From the NCBI GenBank assembly GCA_965279375.1, contig OZ257156.1, forward strand, positions 928,001 through 992,000: a DNA stretch of 64,000 bases, given 5' to 3'. The DNA comes from Gemmatimonas sp. (GTDB lineage: Bacteria; Gemmatimonadota; Gemmatimonadetes; Gemmatimonadales; Gemmatimonadaceae). The notes beneath the pieces were generated by a model. It worked only from the letters and a program-made list of their open reading frames with translations. It searched no databases and was not told where the DNA came from. Positions 19,752 through 29,830 of this stretch are shown here, piece by piece (positions within the stretch are counted from its first letter, which is position 1; each line of letters opens with the position of its first letter). The position numbers were made by a program, and so were the translations under genes.

Positions 19752-21065
19752 CTACTGCATGCGCTTGCGATCGAGTTGCTGAATGGTCTTGGTGGAGGCG
19801 GGCCGTTCCTTGCGCAAACGCGCCGACACGACTTCCGCGCGCGTAAGCGCACGGAGGATGTTCTCGCCAGCCACACCACGGAGCTCGGTGTCAGTCCAGC
19901 CGCGCTTCACCAGTTCGGCGAGCAGGTCGGGATACTTGGAGACATCCTCCAGCCCCACGACGGTTTCCGTGATGCCGTCGTAGTCACCGCCCATGCCGAT
20001 GTGTTCGGCGCCGGCGAGTTTCTTGATGTGATCCATGTGATCAGCCACGTCGGCGATCGTCGCCCGCGGGATCGGGTTGGCCTGCCGCCACGCTGCCGCG
20101 GCCTTGAACTGCGCGTCGTTGTCGTTCGGGAACGCCTTCGTGACGGAATCCCGCACGGCGTTCATTCGCTTCTCGAAGTCGGCCACCTTCTGGCTGGTGA
20201 AGCCGGGCACGAAGGTCATCATCACCACGCCGCCGTTCTTGGGCAAACGCGCGAGAATGCTGTCGGGCACATTGCGCGGCACATCGGTAAGGCCGCGCGC
20301 TGCTGAATGCGAGAAGATGACCGGCGCTTCGGTGACATCGAGGGCGTTGCTCATCACGGCGGGTGACACGTGCGACAGGTCCACCAGCATGCCGAGCCGA
20401 TTCATCTCGCGCACGACTTCCTTGCCGAACGGCGTGAGGCCGTTGTGCTTGGGTACGTCGTTGGCGGCGTCGGCCCAGTCGAGGGTGACGTTGTGCGTGA
20501 GCGTCATGTAGCGCGCGCCGAGATCGTAGTAGGCGCGCAGCGCGCCGAGCGAGTTCTCGATGGCGTGTCCGCCTTCCATGCCGAGCAGCGAGCCGATCTT
20601 TCCTGTCTTCTGTGCCTTGCGCACATCAGCCGCCGTCAGCGCCCACTGCAGGTCTTTCGGATAGCGCGAGATCACACGGCGCGCGATATCGATCTGCTCG
20701 AGCTGAATACGTGCGTAGCCCGAGTCGCGCACTTCACCGGGGATGTAGACCGACCAGAACTGTCCGCCGACCATGCCTTTGCGCAAACGGGCGATGTCGG
20801 TCATGCCCTTCGTGGGCTTGTTGAGATCGTACGCGTCCACGTCGAGCGGCGCGTTGGCGAACTCGCGCATCGCCCACGGGAGGTCGTTGTGTGAATCGAC
20901 GAGCGGCGTGGTCTTGAGCAGCGACTTCACGTGCGCGAGGCGTGTGGCGAAGTCGGCGTTGCGGAGCGGCTGCGTGCCGGCGGCCTTGTTCTGTGCTCCC
21001 AGCGACGACGCTACACCGAGCGTGAGTGCGCTGGCCAGCAGCGCCGAACGTGCAATGCCCGTCAT
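19752..21065 (-). CDS. Secreted membrane dipeptidase (peptidase M19)
   Basis: DSHNDLP, GGQFWSVY, GMEGGH, YMTLTH, VDLSH, FSHS, RNVPD, GGDYDG motifs. Confidence 0.93.
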   Translation of the reverse strand: MTGIARSALLASALTLGVASSLGAQNKAAGTQPLRNADFATRLAHVKSLLKTTPLVDSHNDLPWAMREFANAPLDVDAYDLNKPTKGMTDIARLRKGMVGGQFWSVYIPGEVRDSGYARIQLEQIDIARRVISRYPKDLQWALTAADVRKAQKTGKIGSLLGMEGGHAIENSLGALRAYYDLGARYMTLTHNVTLDWADAANDVPKHNGLTPFGKEVVREMNRLGMLVDLSHVSPAVMSNALDVTEAPVIFSHSAARGLTDVPRNVPDSILARLPKNGGVVMMTFVPGFTSQKVADFEKRMNAVRDSVTKAFPNDNDAQFKAAAAWRQANPIPRATIADVADHMDHIKKLAGAEHIGMGGDYDGITETVVGLEDVSKYPDLLAELVKRGWTDTELRGVAGENILRALTRAEVVSARLRKERPASTKTIQQLDRKRMQ

Positions 21066-21823
21066 AGTCCGATCCGTTCGATGTAGTGTGGCAGCATCTT
21101 GCGCCACCACGGCCAGTCGTGATTCACGTCGTGTCCCCACAGATCGAAGATGTGTGGGATGTGCTGGCGATCGAGGACGTCATGGAACGAGCGCGTGGCA
21201 TCTGGCGCCTCGTACGCGCCCTGTCCGGCCACCAACGCGATGCGACTGTCGTGACGCAGCTGCTCCAACGCGCCGCCGCCCATGTTGGGCACGTACCAGG
21301 CGGGATTGTTGAAGTAGCAGTTGTCGTCCGAGTAACCCTTGAGGTAGCTGCGATTGAGATCGTAGAAGCCGCTCATGCCGATCACGCCGCCAAAGAGGTC
21401 GGGGCGGCGAAAGAAGGCGTTGGCCGCGTGGAAGCAGCCGAAGCTGGCACCGGTGGTGATCGGTCGCGCGTAGCCCTGCCCATCGACTTGCCGAATGAAC
21501 GGCACGACTTCGTCTTCAATGTACCGCGAGTAGAGCGCCTGACGCCGTCCCTGCTCGGGCACGGGCAGCGTGCGATCCATCCAGGCGAGCTTGTTGATGC
21601 TGTCGATCGAGAAGACGCGAATGCGTCCCGCAATGAGCAGGGGCTCGATCGCCTTGATCAGCCAGAAGCGCTCGTTTTCGAGAAAATCTGCGGCGGCGGT
21701 GGGGAAGAGCAGGATGGGATAACCGCCCCAACCATACGTCACGATCGGCATCTCGAGGCCGAGTGCGGGGCTACGCCAGCGATCGATGCGTCGCGGCAGT
21801 CGGGGATCGACGAATTGGGCCAT
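21062..21823 (-). CDS. Putative esterase (alpha/beta hydrolase)
   Basis: GASFG nucleophile elbow, GQGAYE, HDWPWWRKM. Confidence 0.85.
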   Translation of the reverse strand: MAQFVDPRLPRRIDRWRSPALGLEMPIVTYGWGGYPILLFPTAAADFLENERFWLIKAIEPLLIAGRIRVFSIDSINKLAWMDRTLPVPEQGRRQALYSRYIEDEVVPFIRQVDGQGYARPITTGASFGCFHAANAFFRRPDLFGGVIGMSGFYDLNRSYLKGYSDDNCYFNNPAWYVPNMGGGALEQLRHDSRIALVAGQGAYEAPDATRSFHDVLDRQHIPHIFDLWGHDVNHDWPWWRKMLPHYIERIGL

Positions 21824-21998
21824 GGCTGTAAGGTCGCCGCGCAGACGTGGGCTGGCCAGTGTAGCGCGGTCACGATCGGGGGAGACCGTTGCGCGAGGGT
21901 GACCGGACTGTGGCCTGATCCGTGTGGCGCAGCGACGTCGCGGCATGACCCTTCGCCGTCCGGGAGGTGCGCTCCCGGCGCCACCGTCAGGAGGCCGC

Positions 21999-22895
21999 AT
22001 GCTCGCTCGCGCCAATTCCGGTTTGTTCGCGTCGTTCGAACCAACGCACGATCCTTTGCTCCAGCAGTCCTTGGACGCGACGGTCGATCCACGGCTGGAC
22101 GCGCCGGTCTTCCCGCACCATGCCGACGCGATCCCGCCGGGCACGATCGAGGCGGGCGCGTACGAACTGCGCTTCGCCTGGACCCGGAGCGACCTGCACG
22201 CCGTCCAGGCCCTTCGCTTTCGCGTCTTCAACGAGGAGCTAGGCGAAGGATTGGCCGACTCGCGACAGACTGGGCGCGACGAGGATGCGCGCGATCCGTG
22301 GTTTCATCATCTGATGATCGTGCACCGCACGAGTGGCGCGGTGGTGGGCACGTATCGACTGCAGACGGCCGTGATGGCGGCGACGCGATTCGGCTTCTAC
22401 AGCGCGACGCTCTTCGAGCTGGGCGCGATGCCGGGTGCGGTGCTCAACGGCGCCGTGGAGATCGGCCGAGCCTGTGTGGACCCGCAGCATCGATCGGGGC
22501 GTGTGCTGCGCCTGCTGTGGCGCGGCCTTGCGCGATACCTGCAGTGGAACGAGAAGCGGTACCTTTTTGGCTGCTGTTCGCTGCCCGGCACCGCGCCGGC
22601 CGTCGCGTCGGACGCGTGGCGCGCGCTGCACGCGCGTCGCGCCATGCACGATCGGATTCTCGTGAAGCCGCGGCCACAGGTGAGTGCGCTTGCAGACGAC
22701 GGCCGGCATCGGCCGCTGATCAACGCCGCGGCGCTGACGGCTCCCCTGCCGCCGCTGTTCGATGGCTACCTCGCCCTTGGAGCCAAGGTGTGCGGCGCGC
22801 CGGCCACCGACCGTGAGTTCGGCACGACGGACTTTCTGGTGCTGCTGGACGTGCTCGAGCTGGACCAGCGCACTTACCAGTCGCTGTTTGGCTGA
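21999..22895 (+). CDS. olsB: OlsB-like N-acyltransferase (GNAT, Acetyltransf_5 type; lyso-ornithine-lipid synthase candidate)
   Basis: QALRFRVFNEELG, DEDARD..FHHL, VGTYRL, EIGRACVDPQHRSG, YLFGCCS, PPLFDGYLALGAKVCG, DREFGTTD; AGGAGG RBS. Confidence 0.75.
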   Translation: MLARANSGLFASFEPTHDPLLQQSLDATVDPRLDAPVFPHHADAIPPGTIEAGAYELRFAWTRSDLHAVQALRFRVFNEELGEGLADSRQTGRDEDARDPWFHHLMIVHRTSGAVVGTYRLQTAVMAATRFGFYSATLFELGAMPGAVLNGAVEIGRACVDPQHRSGRVLRLLWRGLARYLQWNEKRYLFGCCSLPGTAPAVASDAWRALHARRAMHDRILVKPRPQVSALADDGRHRPLINAAALTAPLPPLFDGYLALGAKVCGAPATDREFGTTDFLVLLDVLELDQRTYQSLFG

Positions 22896-22911
22896 GCCCC
22901 GCACGACCTCG

Positions 22912-23814
22912 ATGCTGCCGATCGACGGGCGACAGCTCGGTCGATTCGTGCTCGTCAGCGCCGTCCTGCTGGGCGGCACGGTGCTGACGTTGGTGGTGTC
23001 ATTCCTGCCTGGAGCGCGCCGACGTCGCGCCTTCGCGGAGCGTGGTGTGTCACTGGTGTCGCGCGGTGTGCTGCGCGCGCTGGACGTGGCCGTGGTGCAG
23101 CGGGGGCCCACGCCGCGCGGTGACGCTTCGATCTCCCTTGCGGGGCCGCGTCGTGCTGCGGTGCCCGGCGCGCTGATTCTGGCCAATCATCTCTCGTGGC
23201 TCGATATCGTCGCGGCGCTGGCGAGCTGGCGATGCACGTTTGTCGCCAAGCGCGAAGTGGGGACGTGGCCGATCATCGGCACGCTGGCGCGCGCGATGGG
23301 GGTGGTGTTCGTGGACCGCACGCGCAAACGCGATCTGCTGCGCTCGATTCCCGCGCTGGAGGAGGCGCTGCGCGCCGGTGAATGCGTGATGCTCTTTCCC
23401 GAAGGCACCACGACGCACGGCACCCACGTGCTGCGCTTTCGATCAGCGCTGGTGGAAGCGGCGGTGCGTGCGGATGCCCCGGTGTTTCCCCTCGCTATCG
23501 GTGGTGGGTTGGAGGCGCGCGACACGCTCGAACGCCCACCGGCAGTGTGTTGGTGCGACGAGGAGACGCTGACATCCAACGTATGGCGGCTCGCGGGTGC
23601 GCGGAGTGCGTTTCTGTCGCTCCATGTCGGCGCACCGGTCGCGGCGCAGGGTGACCGGAAGGCGTGCACACGACGTGCGTTCGACGAAGTCATGCGTCGG
23701 TTCGTGCCCGTGGTCGACGGCGGGCGTATCACCGCGCCACGGACACGTCGGATCCCGCTCGCGTGGGGCGTGCAGACGCCGGTGCCGAGGGCACAGATCG
23801 GGTATCGGGCGTGA
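22912..23814 (+). CDS. olsA: PlsC/OlsA-like lysolipid O-acyltransferase
   Basis: NHLSWLD (HxxxxD), FVAKREV..WP, FVDR, FPEGTT; directly follows the olsB-like gene. Confidence 0.7.
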   Translation: MLPIDGRQLGRFVLVSAVLLGGTVLTLVVSFLPGARRRRAFAERGVSLVSRGVLRALDVAVVQRGPTPRGDASISLAGPRRAAVPGALILANHLSWLDIVAALASWRCTFVAKREVGTWPIIGTLARAMGVVFVDRTRKRDLLRSIPALEEALRAGECVMLFPEGTTTHGTHVLRFRSALVEAAVRADAPVFPLAIGGGLEARDTLERPPAVCWCDEETLTSNVWRLAGARSAFLSLHVGAPVAAQGDRKACTRRAFDEVMRRFVPVVDGGRITAPRTRRIPLAWGVQTPVPRAQIGYRA

Positions 23815-25052
23815 GGACACGTCTGCTGCGCAGAGCCGCACAGACGATCGTCTCTTCACTGATTGCCGTCGGCATCGCCCTCCTGGTCGGGGTGTCCGCG
23901 AGCTATGCGTTCACACCGATCGTGCGCTTCCCGGAGCCCACACCGTTCGTCGGCAAGGTCTGGTACAATCCGTATGACGGTCTCGACGGACGCGGCCCCC
24001 AGTGGCGTGTCGCGAATTTTCACGCGCACTCGGCGGCGTGGGGCGGCATGACCAACGGCGCGCAGCCGGCGGACAGCGTCGTGGCGGCGTATCGGAAGCT
24101 CAAGTACGACGTTGTCGGCGTGTCCAACTATCAGGCATCGCCAGAGCACCGGCCGGCCGGCGCATTCCCCGTGTACGAGCACGGCTGGAATCTGCTGAAG
24201 GCGCATCATCTGCTCCTCGGCCCCGAGCGGGTGGTGTGGCGCGACTATCCGTTGATCCAGACACGCAGTCAGCAACAACTCGTGCTTTCCGCACTCTCGC
24301 AGAGCGCATCGATGGTGGCCATCGCGCATCCGTCGTTGCGCGGGGCACATTCGCCGAATGATCTGCGCTACTTGTCTGACTACGACCTGCTGGAAGTGCT
24401 CACGCGATACACGGCGCCGGCAGATGCGGCGTGGGACGCGGCGCTCTCGAGCGGACATCCCGTGTGGATGCTGGCCAGCGACGATTCACACAACAGCGCG
24501 GACTCCACGCAGGTCGGCATCAACGCCACGCGGATCTACAGCAACGACGCAGGCAGCGGGTCGATCATCGGCGCATTGCGCGCGGGACGTTCGTACGGCG
24601 TGCATGGCTCGCGCGGCCGTGGGCGACTGGCGCTGCGCTCGCTCCGTATGCGCGCAGACACGCTGGACGTGCGTATCGATGGAGCGCCCGACACGCTGCG
24701 CGTGATTGGGCAAGAGGGAGTGGTGCGCGCGCAGCTGACCGGTGCGGCCGCCCGTGAAGGCCGACTCACCGTGGTGGCGCACGAGACCGACGGATATTTG
24801 CGCGTAGTTGCGACAGGTAACGACGCGTTGCTGTACTTGAATCCCGTGCTGCGCTGGGATGGGAGAGATCTTCCGAGGCCGATCGCGTTCGTGGATGGCC
24901 CGCGCACTGCGCTCTGGCGATCCGCGTGGATGCTGGCATTTGGTTGGCTGGGCGCGCAGCTGTTTCTCGCGCGTGAGCGCGCACGGGCTCGTCGCTTGCG
25001 ACCGGTTCCGCGCACGGCGGTGGCGAAGCTCGCAGCGGTCTCTGGCGAGTGA
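23811..25052 (+). CDS. Membrane-anchored PHP-domain-like metallohydrolase
   Basis: NFHAHS, YEHG, AHP, ASDDSH metal motifs; N- and C-terminal TM; GTGA overlap with the olsA-like gene. Confidence 0.7.
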   Translation: MRTRLLRRAAQTIVSSLIAVGIALLVGVSASYAFTPIVRFPEPTPFVGKVWYNPYDGLDGRGPQWRVANFHAHSAAWGGMTNGAQPADSVVAAYRKLKYDVVGVSNYQASPEHRPAGAFPVYEHGWNLLKAHHLLLGPERVVWRDYPLIQTRSQQQLVLSALSQSASMVAIAHPSLRGAHSPNDLRYLSDYDLLEVLTRYTAPADAAWDAALSSGHPVWMLASDDSHNSADSTQVGINATRIYSNDAGSGSIIGALRAGRSYGVHGSRGRGRLALRSLRMRADTLDVRIDGAPDTLRVIGQEGVVRAQLTGAAAREGRLTVVAHETDGYLRVVATGNDALLYLNPVLRWDGRDLPRPIAFVDGPRTALWRSAWMLAFGWLGAQLFLARERARARRLRPVPRTAVAKLAAVSGE

Positions 25053-26644
25053 TGCGTAACCAAGGGAGTGTCACGCGTACGTTGGCGCCGGTGATTGCGG
25101 CGAGCGTGGTCCTGCGCCTCTCGATCGCTGCGGGCTCGGGCTTCGGCGTCGATGAAGCGTATGCCGTCACCGTCGCGCGTCCGCTGTCGCTCAGCTACTT
25201 CGATCATCCGCCGCTGCATTTCTGGATGGCGGGCGCGATGGCGTTTCTGACCGACGACACATCGCCGTTCTGGATGCGGCTGCCGTTCGTGCTCTGCTTC
25301 ACGATCACGCTATCGGCGATCGGCGCACTCACCGCGCGACTGTTCTCGCTCCGCGCTGGAGTCATCGCCGTGGCAGCGCTCGCCTCGAGTGGCGTGCTGG
25401 GCGTCACGGCCGGCACGTGGGTGCTTCCCGACGGACCGCTGATCGCCGCAACGAGTGTTGCAGCGTGGCTACTGGCGCCCCTGCTCGTATCGGATGACGA
25501 CGAGACGCGGCGGGTTGATGCAGCGTGGCGTTGGATCACAGCCGGCGCCTGCCTGGGACTCGGCCTGCTCTCCAAGTATCACGCGGTGCTTGCCGCGGCA
25601 GGCATTCTGCTGTTCCTCGCGACGAGTGCCCGTGCCAGGCCCTGGCTGCAGACGCGATGGCCATGGATCGCGGCCGTTGTGATGATGAGCTGCGCCGTGC
25701 CGATCGTGCTGTGGAACGCGCAGCACGACTGGGCATCCTTCGCCTTTCAAGGAGCGCGCGCGATTCCGTCGCGCTGGTCGGCAGCGCCGTTTCTCGAGAG
25801 TGTTGCAGGCCAATTGGCGTGGCTCCTGCCGTGGATCGGCGTGCCGCTGGCGATGTCGCTGGCGAGTGCCGTTGGACGGGGACCGGCGGATCGTGCGCGG
25901 TGGCTCTGCGTCTGCCTCGCCTGCGGGCCGATCGTGCTGTTCACCGGCGTGACCCTCGGCGGAGCGCGCGGACTTCCGCATTGGCAGGCCCCGGGTTGGT
26001 TGTTCGCGTTTCCGTTGCTCGGCGCATGGGCGGACGACGCACTGACGCGAGGCGCGCGATGGCCTCGACCGTGGCTCGTTGGCAGCTCGGCGCTGACCAC
26101 GGCGCTCGTCGTGCTTCTGTTGGGCCAGGGGAAATCCGGTTGGCTCGACGGTCGACTTTCGCCGTCGGCGCGGCTGGCTGATCCCACGCGCGACGCGGTG
26201 TCATGGCGCGCTGCGGTGGATGCCGCAGTGGAGGCCGCGGTGGACGACGCGAAAGAGGACCCGATCCGCGCTGCGGATGGCGACGCACCGCCACCACTCG
26301 TCCTCGCGGCGCGCAGCTGGATTCAGGCGGGGCAGATCGGGGTGGCGCTGCGAGGGCGAGACATTCCGGTCGTGTGTCTGTGCAGCGACCCGCACCACTT
26401 TCGCTGGCAGCACGACTCACTCCAGTCGCGCTGGACGCGGGTGGTGCTGCTCGATCGTTGGCAGCCGAACAAGCGCGGCTGGCAGGACGCGCCCGCCGCG
26501 CTGACCCGTGACAGCCTTCGTGTGGTCGTTCGCGATACATCGGTACTCGATCGCGGCGTCCATGTCATCCGCTACGACGTCGAGCGACCGGGTCCTGCGC
26601 TGAGTAGCGCTACGCGGCAGTCCGCAGCACGAGCTGCTTACTGA
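25049..26644 (+). CDS. ArnT/PMT_2-like (GT-C) membrane glycosyltransferase
   Basis: DEAY, SYFDHPP, RLPF, PDGP, GLLSKY, WNAQHDWASFAFQ motifs; multi-TM. Confidence 0.88.
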   Translation: MMRNQGSVTRTLAPVIAASVVLRLSIAAGSGFGVDEAYAVTVARPLSLSYFDHPPLHFWMAGAMAFLTDDTSPFWMRLPFVLCFTITLSAIGALTARLFSLRAGVIAVAALASSGVLGVTAGTWVLPDGPLIAATSVAAWLLAPLLVSDDDETRRVDAAWRWITAGACLGLGLLSKYHAVLAAAGILLFLATSARARPWLQTRWPWIAAVVMMSCAVPIVLWNAQHDWASFAFQGARAIPSRWSAAPFLESVAGQLAWLLPWIGVPLAMSLASAVGRGPADRARWLCVCLACGPIVLFTGVTLGGARGLPHWQAPGWLFAFPLLGAWADDALTRGARWPRPWLVGSSALTTALVVLLLGQGKSGWLDGRLSPSARLADPTRDAVSWRAAVDAAVEAAVDDAKEDPIRAADGDAPPPLVLAARSWIQAGQIGVALRGRDIPVVCLCSDPHHFRWQHDSLQSRWTRVVLLDRWQPNKRGWQDAPAALTRDSLRVVVRDTSVLDRGVHVIRYDVERPGPALSSATRQSAARAAY

Positions 26645-27125
26645 AGCAGAACTTTCGGCCGATGCTGAGCTCGGACCGCGAAATCTTCTGGTAGCGCGCA
26701 ATCTTTTCCGGATAGTGCGCGATGCTCGATTCCTGAAAGCCCATGCTGAGGAAGAGACCGTCGGCGAGGGAAATCGCGAACAGCTCGGGAAAGCCGCGCT
26801 GTCTGGCCAGCGCCTCGGCGGCGGCGATCAGGTGGCGACCGATCCCCTGCCCCTGTGCGCATGGCGACACGGCAAGCGACACCAACTCCACCAACGATGG
26901 TGAGTACTCGTCGAGCGCGACGCAGCCAATGACCGACCCATCGACGTCGCGCACCACCTGATAGTCCTGCAGGTGACTGGTCACGAACGCGGGGGACCGG
27001 TGCAGCGTGAGTCCGTCCGGGGCGAAGAGGTTGTTGAGTTCAGCGATGGCGGCGATGTCCTGCTCTTCGGCGTGCACGACCGTGATCGGTGCCGGAGTCG
27101 CGGCACCTGTAACTGTGGCGGTCAT
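26610..27125 (-). CDS. GNAT acetyltransferase, short ArgA (amino-acid N-acetyltransferase)-like
   Basis: GLTLHRS, VIGCVAL, ELVSLAV..AQGQGIG, LFAIS...FLSMGF, PEKI. Confidence 0.7.
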   Translation of the reverse strand: MTATVTGAATPAPITVVHAEEQDIAAIAELNNLFAPDGLTLHRSPAFVTSHLQDYQVVRDVDGSVIGCVALDEYSPSLVELVSLAVSPCAQGQGIGRHLIAAAEALARQRGFPELFAISLADGLFLSMGFQESSIAHYPEKIARYQKISRSELSIGRKFCFSKQLVLRTAA

Positions 27126-27625
27126 CCGCGGGACGCGTACACGCGAGCCTTGCCAGCCCGGTCGAAGAGCATGACGTCGTACTTGTCTGGCGTACCGCCT
27201 TCCATGCCCGGCGAGCCCACCGGCATGCCGGGGACGGCGAGACCGAGCGCCACCGGCTTTTCTTTCAGCAGCTTCTGGATCAGGTCGGCGGGCACGTGGC
27301 CCTCGATGACGTATGTGCCGACGCGGGCCGTGTGGCACGACTGCAGCGCGGTGGGGACGCCCATCGACGCCTTGACGGTGGACATGTCGGCGGTGTCATG
27401 GACAGTGACCGCGAAACCCGCCGCGCGCATGTGCTTCACCCAGTTCGCGCAGCAGCCGCAGTTGGGATCCTTGTAGACGCTGATCGGCGTGGGAGCACCG
27501 TTCATCCCGCCCGTGCGCGCTTGAGCGCCCGCGACACGAGCGACGCCGACGCCGGCGGCCGCCGCAACGACGGTGAGGAGGAATTCGCGACGAGTGCGCG
27601 ACGGATGCTCTGGAAAAGGCGACAT
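27122..27625 (-). CDS. DUF411 (CopG-like) metal-binding protein with Tat signal
   Basis: TRREFLL leader; YKDPNCGCC..WVKHM, SCHTA, IEGHVPA, GLAVPGMPVGSPGME. Confidence 0.9.
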   Translation of the reverse strand: MSPFPEHPSRTRREFLLTVVAAAAGVGVARVAGAQARTGGMNGAPTPISVYKDPNCGCCANWVKHMRAAGFAVTVHDTADMSTVKASMGVPTALQSCHTARVGTYVIEGHVPADLIQKLLKEKPVALGLAVPGMPVGSPGMEGGTPDKYDVMLFDRAGKARVYASRG

Positions 27626-27744
27626 GGCAAGGCGGGCGGGGCGTCGGGATCCGGCGTGCATACACGCCCGCCGGGTCCGAAAAGATCCCGCGCGGAAACA
27701 TCGGACGCGGACCGGAAAAGCTAACGAAATCTGCCGTCGGACGC

Positions 27745-27771
27745 TCAAGTGAACCGACCTTCAGCCGACAC
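27745..27771 (+). promoter_or_regulatory. Sigma28 (FliA)-like promoter
   Basis: TCAAG-N14-GCCGACAC about 110 bp upstream of an MCP gene. Confidence 0.65.
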
Positions 27772-27878
27772 TCCTACACGACGGGCCGCGCGTTGTGTCG
27801 TCACGCCAGCGGCCCTTTCGATTGCCAGGATGGGGCGACGATGCCTCATGAGCGCACGCTCCCGCATCCTCACGCTAC

Positions 27879-29750
27879 GTGTCCAATAGTCCGTCGCATT
27901 CCGCCGAGCGCTTGCTCGACCGCAGTCGCGCGTCCGCCGATCGTCTGAACGGTGCCGTGCTGCTCGCGCATCTTCCGGTGGCCATCATTCTCGCCACCAT
28001 CTACGGCGGGTGGGGCACCGCCTTGGGCTTTGGACTTCCGCTCGGACTCGGCGCCTTTGCGCTGTCCCGGATGGCTCCCGGCGCCAACATGACCCGCATC
28101 GTGCTCGGCCTGTCGTACATGGCCTTCTCGGCGCTGTTCATTCAGCTGGCGCACGGCCTGATCGAGATGCACTTCCACATCTTCTCGGCGCTCGCGCTGC
28201 TGCTCGTCTACCGCGACTGGAAGGTGCCCACCGCGGCGGCGGCGGCCATCGCCGTGCACCACGTGGCCTTCCATATCCTGCAGCAGAAGGGCGTCGGTGT
28301 GTTCGTGATGAACCACGCCATGCCTGGAATCGCCGGCTTCTATATGGTAGGTGTGCATGCGGCGTTCGTGGTGTTCGAGACCGGCGTACTGATCGTCATG
28401 TCGCGCCAGCTGGAGCGCGAGGTGAACCAGACGCAGGATGTCTTCGATTCGCTTGACTCGCTGGGCATGGGCGCACTCAACCGCGAGCCGAGCGGCGATG
28501 GCGTAGCCAGCGCGTTGCGCACGGTCATCGGCGCCGTTCGCGTGCTGGATAGCTGCGCCACCGAACTGTCGCACTCGGTCCGTGAGCAGCGCCGTGCGCG
28601 CTTCGCCGATCTGGATGCATTGCACGGCTCGTTCAGCGAAGTCGCCGCGCGTATGCAGGAAGCGTCCGACCGCGTGGAAGAGCTGCGCATCCAGAACGAG
28701 CGCGACAACGCCAACACGCAGAAATTCCTCTCGACCGCCCTCGTGCCCGCCAACATGGCGATGCGCGACGGTGATTTGACGTCGACGGTCGCGACGGGCT
28801 TTGGCACGGAATACGACGCCACGGCCAAGGCGATGAACAGCGCGCTCGATCAGCTGCGCGACGCGCTGAGCGACCTGCGGTCATCGTCGGAACAGATCGA
28901 GGGCGCGTCAGGCGAGATTGCGACCGGCGCCGACAGCCTGGCTCGCCTCACGTCGGAGCAGGCCGCGGGTCTCGAGGAAATCACCGCCAGCCTGCACGAG
29001 ATGACCTCGCTGGGCAAGTCGAACGCGGCGGACGTCAACAGTGCGCGTACCGCGACCTCGTCGGCGACCGAAGCCGCCACGTTGGGTGTGACCCGCGTGC
29101 AGCATCTGATCACGTCGATGGACGAGACGCGGGATTCGGCGCGAGAGACAGCCAAGATCGTCAAGACGATCGACGAGATCGCCTTCCAGACCAACTTGCT
29201 GGCGCTCAACGCCTCCGTGGAAGCCGCGCGTGCCGGCGATGCAGGACGCGGGTTTGCTGTGGTGGCCGATGAAGTGCGCGCGCTGGCACTGCGCTGCGCG
29301 GACGCGGCACGCAACACGTCCAAGCTGATCGAGGATACCGTTTCGCGCGTGGAGGGCGGCGTGTCGATCTCTCGCGAGGTCGACGTGCAACTGCGCGACG
29401 TCTCCGGTCGCATCACTGTCGTCAACGACGTGATGGAGCGCATCGGCCAAGCGACGACATCGCAGCAGGATGGCATCGTGCAGATCCGTTCGGCGATCGA
29501 CTCGCTCAACGGAGCCGTCCAGAACGCGGCGGCGAATGCGGAAGAGTCTGCGAGTGCGGCCCAGGAGCTGAGCTCGCAGTCGCGGGCGCAGCTTGTCCAG
29601 ACGGAGCGTTTCGTGCTGTCAGGCGGCGGCGATCGGCGACGGTCGACGTCGGCATCACGCGGCGCGCAGCGACCGTCTACGCGGGGCGCCGCGCCGTCTC
29701 AGGCGCAGGAAAGCGATGATGCAGACTCGGAGACGCTCGCGATCTTCTAG
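27879..29750 (+). CDS. Methyl-accepting chemotaxis protein with His-rich multi-TM sensor domain
   Basis: [34 protein letters not shown] signalling hairpin; HAMP-like GDLT..; N-terminal TM domain with IEMHFHIF. Confidence 0.93.
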   Translation: MSNSPSHSAERLLDRSRASADRLNGAVLLAHLPVAIILATIYGGWGTALGFGLPLGLGAFALSRMAPGANMTRIVLGLSYMAFSALFIQLAHGLIEMHFHIFSALALLLVYRDWKVPTAAAAAIAVHHVAFHILQQKGVGVFVMNHAMPGIAGFYMVGVHAAFVVFETGVLIVMSRQLEREVNQTQDVFDSLDSLGMGALNREPSGDGVASALRTVIGAVRVLDSCATELSHSVREQRRARFADLDALHGSFSEVAARMQEASDRVEELRIQNERDNANTQKFLSTALVPANMAMRDGDLTSTVATGFGTEYDATAKAMNSALDQLRDALSDLRSSSEQIEGASGEIATGADSLARLTSEQAAGLEEITASLHEMTSLGKSNAADVNSARTATSSATEAATLGVTRVQHLITSMDETRDSARETAKIVKTIDEIAFQTNLLALNASVEAARAGDAGRGFAVVADEVRALALRCADAARNTSKLIEDTVSRVEGGVSISREVDVQLRDVSGRITVVNDVMERIGQATTSQQDGIVQIRSAIDSLNGAVQNAAANAEESASAAQELSSQSRAQLVQTERFVLSGGGDRRRSTSASRGAQRPSTRGAAPSQAQESDDADSETLAIF

Positions 29751-29787
29751 TTCGGCACCTCGATATGCGCTATCTCTGGCGCCTTCA

Positions 29788-29830
29788 CGATCCCGCCCGG
29801 CGGCTCCATCGCCGGGCGGGATCGCTTTTT
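29788..29830 (+). terminator. Rho-independent terminator after the MCP gene
   Basis: 15-bp stem CGATCCCGCCCGGCG / CGCCGGGCGGGATCG followed by CTTTTT. Confidence 0.85.

Noticed and set aside
21086..22816. 576-aa + strand ORF
   Set aside because: Overlaps the well-supported esterase and olsB-like genes; composition not protein-like
26210..26248. 12-nt repeat (AAVD/AAVE/AAVD)
   Set aside because: Short in-frame low-complexity linker in the glycosyltransferase
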